Below, piece by piece: positions 1 through 11,163 of a stretch of DNA of 64,000 nucleotides (the stretch's first letter is position 1; each line of letters begins with the position of its first letter). A program made the translations under genes and the position numbers. The stretch is from Planctomycetota bacterium (lineage in GTDB: Bacteria; Planctomycetota; UBA11346), in the NCBI GenBank assembly GCA_038213805.1, contig JBBQSO010000003.1, forward strand, positions 32,001 to 96,000, written 5' to 3'. The notes below the pieces were generated by a model, which made no database searches, had not been told where the DNA came from, and saw only the letters and a program-made list of their open reading frames with translations.

Positions 1-15
1 TCAGGGCAGGCAGTC

Positions 16-55
16 GACTACCGGACTGCCGGACTGCTGGACTCTCGGACCCCGG
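16..55. repeat. Degenerate octamer tandem array (GACTNCCG-like x5)
   Basis: gactaccg gactgccg gactgctg gactctcg gaccccgg, just downstream of the STAS stop; same family as the arrays at 33471 and 41596/41768. Confidence 0.7.
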
Positions 56-61
56 GGGGTG

Positions 62-385
62 TCAGCCGCCCGGCTTCACTCGCGCCACGGCCTGATCGAT
101 GCCGAGATCCAGGTCGAAGAGTCGTTCCAGGCGCAGGATGCGGAACACCGCCTTGACGGGTTCCGGTAGGTTGGCGACGGCGAAGCGGCCGCCGGTGCCG
201 ACCACTTTGTTGCGCACGGCGATGATCGCCGCGATGTTCACCGAGTTCAGGAAGCCGACCTGGGCGAGGTCAAGGACCACCCCCCGCGGGGCGCCGCCCA
301 GGAGCGGCTCGAGGTCACGCCAGATCTGGCCGCATTGGTCTATCACCGTTACTACCAAGGCCGTATCGCGTTCGACGATGTGCAT
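62..385 (-). CDS. STAS-domain anti-sigma factor antagonist
   Basis: 107 aa from ATG at 385; VVLDLAQVGFLNSVNIAAII...VKAVFRILRLERLF fits the STAS/SpoIIAA pattern with the phosphorylatable Ser. Confidence 0.85.
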   Translation of the reverse strand: MHIVERDTALVVTVIDQCGQIWRDLEPLLGGAPRGVVLDLAQVGFLNSVNIAAIIAVRNKVVGTGGRFAVANLPEPVKAVFRILRLERLFDLDLGIDQAVARVKPGG

Positions 386-499
386 AGCCGTGCTTCCTGG
401 CGGTGCTGCCAATCTCTGGATGTGACGTCGCGCAGCGCACCCGTTGCCTAGGCTAGGCCGGACCAGTATCAACGCAACGTCATCGGCGGGAGCTGGGGC

Positions 500-542
500 T
501 TGACGGCAGGTCAATAATTAGTTATCAATTGTTATCATAACT
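500..542. promoter_or_regulatory. AT-rich putative promoter/operator between the divergent STAS and aas genes
   Basis: TTGAC-N5-GTCAA palindrome (500-514); GTTATCA direct repeat at 521 and 531; GAGG RBS before ATG 552. Confidence 0.45.
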
Positions 543-551
543 GAGGTACGC

Positions 552-3500
552 ATGAACACGGCCCCCCTTCCTCTGCCTCCCGTTCCAGCCCCACGCGGCT
601 TCGGTGCTCATCTTCAGGCCTGCGCCATTGGAGCGGGCATCGACAACCTGTTTCGCGCAGTCATCGGCGTTGCGCTGGTGGGTCTCGCCAAGCAGGCGCA
701 TCCGGGCGACTCCATCGCCGAACACGCCGCCGCGGACCAGCTCGGCAACCTCTACACCACCCTGGCGACGCTGCTGTTCATCATTCCATTCGTGATCGTC
801 GCCCCCATGGCCGGCAGTCTCGGTGATCGCCTGCCCAAGCATCGCATCATCCGCATCACGCGGCTCGCTGAAGTCGCCCTGATCGCCGTTGGTTCCGCCG
901 CCCTGGCGCTGGGCAGCACCACCCTGCTGCTCGCCTCCCTGGTCGGCCTGGCCACCAGCAGCGCCTTCTTCGCCCCGGTCAAACTCGCGGTGGTGCCTGA
1001 ACTGGTGAACGCAGAGCGACTGCCGTGGGCCAACGGCTGGCTCGCAGCCATCACGGTCTTCGCGATCCTGGGCGGAACCGCCCTGGCGTCGCTCACCGAC
1101 GCGGGCGTGCTGCACGCGCTCGGCCTGGGCTGGATGGGCGGCGCGGGCATGCTCGCGCTGCTCGGCACCGTGATGGTCGCCATCGGCATCCATGGTGCCT
1201 GGCGCATCCCGCCGCTGCGCGCGCAGGCCCCGGACACGCCTATCGCGCCGTTCTGGGCGATCCCGCGGCAGATGCGCGCGCTCTCATCCGCACCCGGCCT
1301 GTGGGCCCCGGCGCTGAGCCTGGCCGGATTCTGGGCCCTGGGTGCGGTCGCGCAGTCCACCCTCCTCGACATCTCCGGCCTCACCTATGGGCTCGGCCAA
1401 GCGGGCACGGCTGCGCTCTCGGTGACACTCGCCTTCGGCATCATCGCCGGCGCCCTGCTCGCCCCGCGCCTGATGGCCAAGTCTTTTCCTGCTGGACTGC
1501 CCGTCGCCGGCGCGGTGATCGCCGCCGTGGCGCTCATCGCTGCGGGCCTGCACGCCCAGCTCGGTGGCGGCGTGGTGGTGTTCGGCGCGCTGCTGTTCGT
1601 CACCGGCTTCGGCTCGGGCCTGTGGGAAACCCCCCTCACCGTGCTGCTCCAGGAACGCTCGCCGGCCGGAGTGCGCAACCTGGTGATGGCGAGCGCGGGC
1701 GTGCTCGCCTCATTGGCGATGATCGGCGGCGGCGGTGGCTCGCTGGTCCTCAGCCAAATCCTGCACTTCTCCTCGAGCGAGGTATTCATCGCCATCGGCG
1801 CCCTCGCGCTGACCATCACCATGGTTCCGGCGTGGCGCTACCGCACCCAGCTCGCGGCGTGGCTGGTGTGGCTGGCCACCCACGTCATTTTTCGCATCCG
1901 CGTCACCGGGGCCGAGCACCTGCCGGCAAGCGGCGGCTGCCTGGTGGTGTGCAACCACCTCAGCTACAGCGATGGCCTGGTGCTCGGCGCCAGCCTACCG
2001 CGGCGCGCGCGCTTCCTGGTCTACCGCGCCTACGTCGAGATGCCGGTGGTGGGCTTCTTCCTGCGCGCCGCCGGCGTCATCCCGGTCTCCGCCGAGGACC
2101 GCCGCCGCGCGCTGCTCGCCTCGATCGGCACCGCCATCGAGGCGGCCAAGGCCGGCGAGGTGGTGGTGATCTTCCCCGAGGGCCAGCTCACCCGCAGCGG
2201 CCAGACCAACACCTTCCACTCCGGCATGGAGCGCATCGCCGCGCGTGCCGGCGTGCCCGTGGTGCCCGCGCACCTCGCCGGGCTGTGGGGCACCATCACC
2301 AGCCGCGCGCCGCAGCGCAGCTGGCCGCGCCTGCGCCGCCCGGTCGACCTGCGCCTGGGTGCGCCGCTGCCCAGCGACACCACCGCCGCGGTGGCGCGTG
2401 ACCACGTCATGCGCCTCGGCTACGAGGCGGCGCAGGCGCACGCCGACCGCGACCAGCGCACACTGGCCTCCACCTTCCTGACGCACCTGCGCCGCCATCC
2501 GCGCCGCATCGCCGTGCAGGACGCCGGCGGGTCGCTCAGTTACTTTGGCATCGCCGCGGCAGCGCGCGCGCTGGCGCCGCGCCTCGGCCTGGCCGCGGAC
2601 GAGCAACGCGTCGGCGTGCTGCTGCCGCCCGGCCGCGGCGGGGCGATCGTCAATCTGGCGCTCGCCCTGCTCGGGCGCACCGCGGTTAATCTCAACCACA
2701 CCGCCGGCAACGCGCAGGTCGCGCGCATGTGCGAGCTGGCCCAGGTGCGCACGGTGATCAGCTCGGCGCTCTACCTGCGCCGCCTTGCGGGCACCGAGGT
2801 GCCGGGTCGCCGCGTGCTGGTCGAGGATCTGCTGCCGGGCATCGGCAAGATGGGTCTGATCACCGCCGGTCTCGGCGCCCTGCTGCTGCCCCACCGGCTG
2901 GTGGCGCGCGCCCGGGCTGGCGACGTCGCCGCGATCGTGTTCAGTTCGGGATCGACCGGTGATCCCAAGGGCATCGAACTCACCCACCGCCAACTCATCG
3001 CCAACTGCGAGGCGGTGTTCACCGCCCTCGACGTCGATGGCGCGCGCGACGTGCTGCTCTCGCCGCTGCCGCTGTTCCACAGCTTCGGCCTGGTGCATGG
3101 ACTGTGGGTCGGCCTCAGTCAGGGTCTACCGCTGGCCAACCAGCCCGATCCCACCGATGGCAAGGCGCTGGGCGAGCTCGCGCAGAAGAGCCGGGCCACC
3201 ATCATGCTGAGCACGCCGACCTTCGTGCGCGGCTACCTGCGGCGTATTGAACCGGAGCAGCTGCGCACCCTGCGCTTCGCGGTGGTCGGCGCCGAGCGCT
3301 GCCCGGCCGAGCTGCGCGCACAGTTCAGCGAGCGCTTCAAAGCCGAGCTCTTCGAAGGCTATGGCTGCACCGAACTGGCGCCGGCGGTGGCCTTCAACCT
3401 GCCGACCGTCAAGCGCGATGGCGTCACTGAAATACGCAGCCGCGACGGCTCGGTGGGGCGCGCCCTGCCCGGAGTGCAGGTCTTCGCCACCGACCCCAGC

Positions 3501-4058
3501 GACGGCCACGCGCTGCCGCCGGGCAGCGAGGGCCTGCTGGTGGTGCGCAGCCCCGGACGCATGCGCGGCTACCTCGACCGACCCGATCTGACCGAGAAGG
3601 CCTTCGTGCTCGGCGGCTACAACACCGGCGACATCGGCCGGGTCGACGCGGAAGGCTTCATCTTCATCACCGGTCGCCTCGCGCGCTTCGCCAAGATCGG
3701 CGGCGAGATGGTGCCGCTCGACAACGTCGAGCGTATCCTGCAGGAGGCGCTCAGCGCCGCCGTCGGTGCGGATTCCGCACTCGAATTGGCGGTGGCGGCG
3801 GTGCCCGACGAAGGCCGCGGCGAACGCCTGGTGGTGCTGCACACCGGTTACAACGGCGACTGGGATGCGCTGTTCAAGGCGCTCGACGGCAATCCCGCGC
3901 TGTGGCGGCCCAAGTCCCGCGACGTCCGCCAGGTCGCTACCATCCCCAAGCTTGGCACGGGCAAGCGGGATCTCTCCGCGCTCAAGAAGCTGGCGCTTGA
4001 AGGCACAGCGGGGAAGCCGGCTACACCGGCGACGACGTCGGTATGGGCTGATGGCTGA
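552..4058 (+). CDS. aas: LplT-like MFS / 2-acyl-GPE acyltransferase / acyl-ACP synthetase fusion
   Basis: Hydrophobic MFS N-terminus; PlsC motifs NHLSYSD and FPEG; AMP-binding motifs FSSGSTGDPKG, EGYGCTE, TGD, RFAKIGGEMV. Confidence 0.9.
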   Translation: MNTAPLPLPPVPAPRGFGAHLQACAIGAGIDNLFRAVIGVALVGLAKQAHPGDSIAEHAAADQLGNLYTTLATLLFIIPFVIVAPMAGSLGDRLPKHRIIRITRLAEVALIAVGSAALALGSTTLLLASLVGLATSSAFFAPVKLAVVPELVNAERLPWANGWLAAITVFAILGGTALASLTDAGVLHALGLGWMGGAGMLALLGTVMVAIGIHGAWRIPPLRAQAPDTPIAPFWAIPRQMRALSSAPGLWAPALSLAGFWALGAVAQSTLLDISGLTYGLGQAGTAALSVTLAFGIIAGALLAPRLMAKSFPAGLPVAGAVIAAVALIAAGLHAQLGGGVVVFGALLFVTGFGSGLWETPLTVLLQERSPAGVRNLVMASAGVLASLAMIGGGGGSLVLSQILHFSSSEVFIAIGALALTITMVPAWRYRTQLAAWLVWLATHVIFRIRVTGAEHLPASGGCLVVCNHLSYSDGLVLGASLPRRARFLVYRAYVEMPVVGFFLRAAGVIPVSAEDRRRALLASIGTAIEAAKAGEVVVIFPEGQLTRSGQTNTFHSGMERIAARAGVPVVPAHLAGLWGTITSRAPQRSWPRLRRPVDLRLGAPLPSDTTAAVARDHVMRLGYEAAQAHADRDQRTLASTFLTHLRRHPRRIAVQDAGGSLSYFGIAAAARALAPRLGLAADEQRVGVLLPPGRGGAIVNLALALLGRTAVNLNHTAGNAQVARMCELAQVRTVISSALYLRRLAGTEVPGRRVLVEDLLPGIGKMGLITAGLGALLLPHRLVARARAGDVAAIVFSSGSTGDPKGIELTHRQLIANCEAVFTALDVDGARDVLLSPLPLFHSFGLVHGLWVGLSQGLPLANQPDPTDGKALGELAQKSRATIMLSTPTFVRGYLRRIEPEQLRTLRFAVVGAERCPAELRAQFSERFKAELFEGYGCTELAPAVAFNLPTVKRDGVTEIRSRDGSVGRALPGVQVFATDPSDGHALPPGSEGLLVVRSPGRMRGYLDRPDLTEKAFVLGGYNTGDIGRVDAEGFIFITGRLARFAKIGGEMVPLDNVERILQEALSAAVGADSALELAVAAVPDEGRGERLVVLHTGYNGDWDALFKALDGNPALWRPKSRDVRQVATIPKLGTGKRDLSALKKLALEGTAGKPATPATTSVWADG

Positions 4059-4154
4059 TGGCTGATGGCTGATGGCTGATGGCCAATGCCCGCTGACGTC
4101 CACTCCGTCTGTCTCCGGCTGTCGGCCATCAGCTATCAGCTATCAGCTATCAGC
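4047..4154. repeat. Paired inverted heptamer arrays (GCTGATG)x5 / (YATCAGC)x4
   Basis: Left arm 4047-4081 overlaps the aas stop; right arm 4127-4154; lies between convergent genes. Confidence 0.9.
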
Positions 4155-4167
4155 AGACGCCCCCCCC

Positions 4168-6186
4168 TCAGAAGAACCAGTAGGCGCGCATGGCCAGCAC
4201 CGTGCGCTCGAGGTCCCAGGCGCTGCCGCGCGAGACTTCGACGCCGATGCCGACGTCACCCGTGAAATTGCAGCGCAGCTGGGCACCCAGCTGCCAATTG
4301 GTGCCGCGGTCACCGAGCACGTAGCGCGTCAGCGAGGCGTGCGGACCGAGGAACCACGATTCGCCCACGCGCAGCAGCAGGCCGGCCTCGGGGCCGAAGC
4401 CGATGGCGTGGTGCGGATCGCGGCCGCCGATGCGCACATCGGCGTCGACGAGCGCGTAGCCGAGGCCGAGCCCGCCGAGGCCGACGCACACCCCGGCGCC
4501 GCCGTTCAGGAAGGCCTGGGTGTGCCAGCCATCGGGCGCGCCCTGTTCCTCGCGCAGCAGCCCGGTATCGACGCGCCAGGCGAGCGGTTGGTAGAAGCGG
4601 TCGACGGTGGCGAACGACGAGAGGTTGATCGCGTCGAAGCGGTTGAGCTGTGGATGCGCCTCTTTTTCATACCAGCGCAATGACAGGTTGGCGAATTCGA
4701 TCTGTGCACCCGGCAGGTAGCCGGCGATCGGGTCGGTGAGGTCGTGGTAGGCGGGGCGGATACCAAGCTCGCCGAAGGTCAGGTCGTCGAGACGGCCGGC
4801 GCCGAGGGTGACGCGCGCCGAGGGATGGCCGCGGTCCGGCGCGGCCGGGACCGGCACTGCGGCGTCAGCGGGCGCCGGCGGCACGGCGAGCCGGCTGCGT
4901 GCGGTGAGAATGGGGATCAGGTTGTGCTGGAAGGCGGCCTGCGCGACCTTCTTGCGGCCGCGCAGAGACTGCAGGTACTCGGCGCTGAGATCAAGGATGC
5001 GCGCCTGGGTGGCCGCGTCCGCGCCGCTCTGGGCGACCGCCTCCGGAGTGCGTTCGCCGTGCGCCAATCCGCGCGCGAGCTCGCCTTGCTCTGCGCTGAG
5101 CTGGGACGCGAGGTGGTGGACACGGGTGGTGCGGCTCGGCCGGTACACCGGGGCGGCTATCAGTCCCGCGCCCTGCATCAGCTTGACGGTGTCGAGCGGA
5201 ATGACCCAGCCACCGGTGCGCTCGTGCAGATCGAGACCGGGGCGCGCGGCGTCGATCAGATAGAGCAGGTTGAAGCAGCAGTTCTCGTCGAAGAAGTAGT
5301 AATCCGAGTAGATTCCGCGCATCTCCCAGACGTGCAGCAGCATGTGGCGCAGCTCGGGCGCGCTGAAACTCAGCTCGTATTCCCAAATGTCGCGCTGGTC
5401 GAGATCGGTGTATTCCGCGACCTTCTGGTAGTAGGGCAGGAAGCTGTAATAGCCGGGGTAGAGGCCGAAGATGCCCTTGAGCGCGAAGGCCACGCCGTTG
5501 TTGGTGTCGGTCGAGGCCGCGTAGTTCACCGACTGACTGAGCAGGGTGCTCTTGTAGCGGCTGCGGATGATCAGCAGGGTGTGCCCGAACATCGACGCCG
5601 GAGTGTTCATGTAAGCGGCAGGGAAGACCAGCGCGGCGCCGCGCGGAGCGAGGTCCCGCAGCACCGCCTCGAACGCCGCGCTGCCGCTCAACGGCAGACG
5701 CGCGCGATCGATGCCGAGGCGCTCCGTGAGCCATTCCAGGCGGGCGGGGAAGCGGTTGGCCGCGGCCAGCTTGGCGTCCGCGGGCAGCGGCGCGAAGAAG
5801 GCCGCGAGATCGGCGATCAGCTCGGTCGCCGGGTCGTACTTGCCGTGCGGCGCCAGGAAGAAGTCCGGGTCATCGACGCGTGAGAAGCGCTTTGCGGCGG
5901 CGCCGGTGTGCAGCAGGGTGCGCCAATAGGGATCCGCCTGGAGGTCCAGGGCCACCGCGCGCTGCAGGAAGCGCCGCACCTCGGCGTCGCTGTACGGCGG
6001 GCCCTGCGGTGCGGGCGCCGGCTCGTCCTGTGCGGGCGACGCGCTGGCGACAGCGGCCGCGGGGGCCGGCGCGGTGGGCAGTACTACCTCGACGGCACCG
6101 AGGTTGCCGCCCACAAGTGCGGCGAGCACGGCGGCCACCTGCGCGCGGTGGGCTGGAAAATGGTCGCGGGCAAACGGGGACGGCAT
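4168..6186 (-). CDS. DUF4105 (Lnb N-terminal-like) domain protein with probable C-terminal beta-barrel
   Basis: PASMFGHTLL, RDIWEYEL and YYFFDENC motifs; amphipathic strands ending in terminal Phe; start uncertain. Confidence 0.8.
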   Translation of the reverse strand: MPSPFARDHFPAHRAQVAAVLAALVGGNLGAVEVVLPTAPAPAAAVASASPAQDEPAPAPQGPPYSDAEVRRFLQRAVALDLQADPYWRTLLHTGAAAKRFSRVDDPDFFLAPHGKYDPATELIADLAAFFAPLPADAKLAAANRFPARLEWLTERLGIDRARLPLSGSAAFEAVLRDLAPRGAALVFPAAYMNTPASMFGHTLLIIRSRYKSTLLSQSVNYAASTDTNNGVAFALKGIFGLYPGYYSFLPYYQKVAEYTDLDQRDIWEYELSFSAPELRHMLLHVWEMRGIYSDYYFFDENCCFNLLYLIDAARPGLDLHERTGGWVIPLDTVKLMQGAGLIAAPVYRPSRTTRVHHLASQLSAEQGELARGLAHGERTPEAVAQSGADAATQARILDLSAEYLQSLRGRKKVAQAAFQHNLIPILTARSRLAVPPAPADAAVPVPAAPDRGHPSARVTLGAGRLDDLTFGELGIRPAYHDLTDPIAGYLPGAQIEFANLSLRWYEKEAHPQLNRFDAINLSSFATVDRFYQPLAWRVDTGLLREEQGAPDGWHTQAFLNGGAGVCVGLGGLGLGYALVDADVRIGGRDPHHAIGFGPEAGLLLRVGESWFLGPHASLTRYVLGDRGTNWQLGAQLRCNFTGDVGIGVEVSRGSAWDLERTVLAMRAYWFF

Positions 6187-6459
6187 GCGTGGGAGCTCCC
6201 GGGGAAAGCGCACTCAATGCGGCCCGGTGGCGATGGCAAATTCAAAACGGCACGCAGCAGGGGCCATGTCGTCCACTGATCGCCGCGGCTGGTGCCGGTC
6301 TGGTCGCTCTCAGCCTGCCAATGCACTCGCTTTCGGCCGCTCGCGAGGCGATGAACACCTCGACCCCGGGCCCGATGCTGGTGTCCTGCTCGCGCTGCCG
6401 CTCGACCCCTCAATGCATCGACCGTGGCCCACAGGCCTTCACCAGGGCCGTTAAAGCAA

Positions 6460-6493
6460 GAACGCCGCGGCGCCACATGGCGCCGCGGCGTTC
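6460..6493 (-). terminator. Intrinsic terminator-like hairpin after the DUF3015 gene
   Basis: Perfect 15-bp stem GAACGCCGCGGCGCC-ACAT-GGCGCCGCGGCGTTC, followed by TTGCTTT on the minus strand. Confidence 0.7.
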
Positions 6494-6513
6494 ATTGCGA
6501 TGATCGCGAGGAC

Positions 6514-6996
6514 TCAGGTCGCCGGGGCGAACTTGTCCAGGTTCAGCAGCAGGTCCGCGTGGGTGACGTCGGCCGAGGTGAAGATCTCGGCGAAGTGCGC
6601 CTGCAGCATGGCCGCGAAGGCCGGGCGCTTGTCGGCGGGGATGTTCATGAGCTCGGCGAGGGAGTCGAGCGACTCGCCCGAACCGGCGGCGATCTCGCGC
6701 GCCAGGACGTCGAAGTTGTCGGCGGTGAAGCTGTTCACGCGCTCATTCTTCGCCCAGAAACCATTGTAGGCGCGGGCATTGAGGGTGCCCGAGGTGATGG
6801 CGAAGGTCTGATTGCCCGACGAGCCGTTGGTGGTCGCGGCGGAGATCTGCGAGATCAGGCCGTCGTGGCCGTCGAAGATCATGGTGCCGAGACCAATACC
6901 AACGTTGTCGCGGAGCGAGCCACCCATGGCGGCGGCGGCGTGCAGGGCGGGGCTGATAGCCACGAGGGCGACAGCGGAAAGCAGGAGCTTCTTCAT
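6514..6996 (-). CDS. DUF3015 family secreted protein
   Basis: Signal peptide; GIGLGTMIF, AATTNG..GNQTFAITSGT and IAAGSGESL motifs; habitual neighbour of DUF4105. Confidence 0.8.
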   Translation of the reverse strand: MKKLLLSAVALVAISPALHAAAAMGGSLRDNVGIGLGTMIFDGHDGLISQISAATTNGSSGNQTFAITSGTLNARAYNGFWAKNERVNSFTADNFDVLAREIAAGSGESLDSLAELMNIPADKRPAFAAMLQAHFAEIFTSADVTHADLLLNLDKFAPAT

Positions 6997-7120
6997 GCGG
7001 GTTCCCTTAGCGGGGTTTGGTGGCCGGAATTAGCCGCGGTCACCATCCGCGACAGGCTCGTATGGTCAAGAAAAGAGTGAGCGGATGATGCAGATGAAGC
7101 AGCGGCTGCTTGATTCAGTT

Positions 7121-7286
7121 GCTGATGGCTGATGGCTGATGGCTGATGGCTGGCGGCTGGCGGCTGACCGCGACTGCGCAGCACGTATGCGTGATGCTGG
7201 GCGGACTGCCTCGTGATGACCGAGCCCAGCTCATATCAGGGTAGCAGCGGTTGTCAGCAGTCAGCAGTCAGCTATCAGCCATCAGC
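7121..7286. repeat. Paired inverted heptamer arrays (GCTGATG family)
   Basis: 7 units at 7121-7169 and 5 reverse units (NRTCAGC) at 7252-7286, just downstream of the ftsH stop. Confidence 0.85.
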
Positions 7287-7294
7287 CTCTCCAT

Positions 7295-9274
<1,980 letters not shown>

Positions 9275-9552
9275 AGGGGGCTTTCTTCGCTCGGGTCCGC
9301 AGATGCGGAACCGCTGGCGCTGCTGTCGCAGCATGGTCATAGGACCGGACGCTGGTCAATCTACACTTCTTTCAAGTCGCTTCGGCGCACCTTCGGCACT
9401 TTTGTCCGGGTGGGCGGCATCAGGCCGCCTCCCCCGGAAACGCGCCTGCGGCGCTGCCCCCTTGGAGAGGATGAGGAAACCGGAATGGCTGCTGGAGCTT
9501 CGTCCCCCGTACTCTGCCCGACAATCTGCGTGCGCCGGACGTTCAATGGGGG

Positions 9553-10935
9553 CTAGCGCTTGCGGTGGGGGCGCATGCGGGCGCTGGAGGCCGCGGAGCG
9601 CGGCGCTTTGGCCACCGCGGCTTTCTCGTCGTCGGCAGCTTCGGCATGGCCAACGAGGTCATCGGTGCCCATGCCGTCGAGGGTCGCGAAGGTGCGCTCC
9701 TCGTGGGCCTTCTCATCGGGGCGCAGCGGCGGGGCGGGCATGGCGCTGGAATCCGGATCGATGCCCAGGCCGAGGGCCAGGCGCACGGCGGCGATCTCGG
9801 CGTCGAGTCGGGACAGGCGCTGGCGCTGGGTGCGCCAGCGCTCGCGCTCGGCGTGGTTGAGGTCATCGGCGTGGATGGTCACCTGGCCGCCACGCATCAG
9901 GGTCGAGAGCGCGGTCTCGGGGAGGCCCAGGCCGCCACCGGAGCGCAGCGCGAGGCGGCCGGCCTCGACCAGCAGGTCGACGCGCGTGCGCTCGAGGGCT
10001 TTGAGGCGCAGCTCGCGCTCGTCGCGCCGGCCGAAGACCTTGCCGACCTTGCGCAGCAGCCCGCTGCGGGCGGGAGCGGGCTCGACCGCGGTCAGACGCG
10101 AGGCGCTGATGCGCCGGCTGTGCCGAGCGCCCTCGCCTTCGCGCGGCGGAGCGGGCGGATCCGCGGCCGGCGTGGCGGCGGGCGCCGGCGTGCCGGCGCC
10201 CGCCGGTGGGACCACCTCATCGGTGGCGACCGGCGCCTGGGTCTCGGCGGTATCGGTGGCGCGGGCGGCGTCGATCAGCACGCCGACGGTCGATTCGTTG
10301 GCGAGGAGCGCATGGTCGGTGGAGGCCACGCCCAGGGTCGGGGCCGGGTCCCCGGGTCCGCGCGGCAAATGCGAGGGCTTGACGCCCTTGGCCAGGCAGC
10401 GGCCGCAAATGTGGCGCGCACCGTCGCTCCAGCCGGGACCACGATCGCGATCGGGATCGCCCAGCCTGCCGTCGCAGACGGCGCACACCGCCGGCATCGG
10501 CGTGGCGTGCACCACCAGCTGGGTGTCGGTGATGTCGTGGGAGTCGTCGCGCGCACGCCGCACATCAGGAGCGATGCCCAGCGTGGCGAGGGGCTCCGGC
10601 ACACTGGTGAGGATGGGCGCTGCGATCGGCGTGGCCTTGATCGGCGTCAGGGCGGAAGCGAGTTCAACGCGGAACACGTCCTTACCGATCGCCACCTGAT
10701 CGCCGTCGGCGAGTTCGGCGGAGCGCATCTCCTTGCCGTTGATCAGGCACACCATGCGCGAGCGGTTGTCGAGCCGGTAGGCACTGCCGCTCCAGGCGAT
10801 GCTGACCTGCCCGGCGTCCTGACGCGAGGTGCGGGTCTGGATGGTGAGCGGCTTGTCCGCGGCGATGCGCACCCGGCGCCCGGCGGCGGCGCCGGCCAGT
10901 CCGGCCAGATTCATCGGCAGCGGCGTGGTCATCAT
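9553..10935 (-). CDS. FHA-like domain protein with CxxC..CxxC cluster and C-terminal coiled coil
   Basis: LINGKEMRSAELADGDQVAIG resembles the FHA C-terminal half; CAVC and CGRC; Pro/Ala-rich linkers. Confidence 0.6.
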   Translation of the reverse strand: MMTTPLPMNLAGLAGAAAGRRVRIAADKPLTIQTRTSRQDAGQVSIAWSGSAYRLDNRSRMVCLINGKEMRSAELADGDQVAIGKDVFRVELASALTPIKATPIAAPILTSVPEPLATLGIAPDVRRARDDSHDITDTQLVVHATPMPAVCAVCDGRLGDPDRDRGPGWSDGARHICGRCLAKGVKPSHLPRGPGDPAPTLGVASTDHALLANESTVGVLIDAARATDTAETQAPVATDEVVPPAGAGTPAPAATPAADPPAPPREGEGARHSRRISASRLTAVEPAPARSGLLRKVGKVFGRRDERELRLKALERTRVDLLVEAGRLALRSGGGLGLPETALSTLMRGGQVTIHADDLNHAERERWRTQRQRLSRLDAEIAAVRLALGLGIDPDSSAMPAPPLRPDEKAHEERTFATLDGMGTDDLVGHAEAADDEKAAVAKAPRSAASSARMRPHRKR

Positions 10936-11163
10936 GCGAGCCTAACCCCACGAGGACCATGGGCCAGTGAATCCACCTGCCAACCTGTTTGCACGTCGCA
11001 CGGGTTCGGCGTGCATATTTTCCAGGGTCTGGGAGTCAACTGCGTGCTGAGACAGGAAGTTCCGATCCCTTCGCGAGGCCGTCCGCGCGCCGCGCCCCGG
11101 CAAGCGCCGGATGCCGGCAACCGGGCGCTGGCGGCTTGTGGCGGCGGCGCGATGGCCGAGCGT

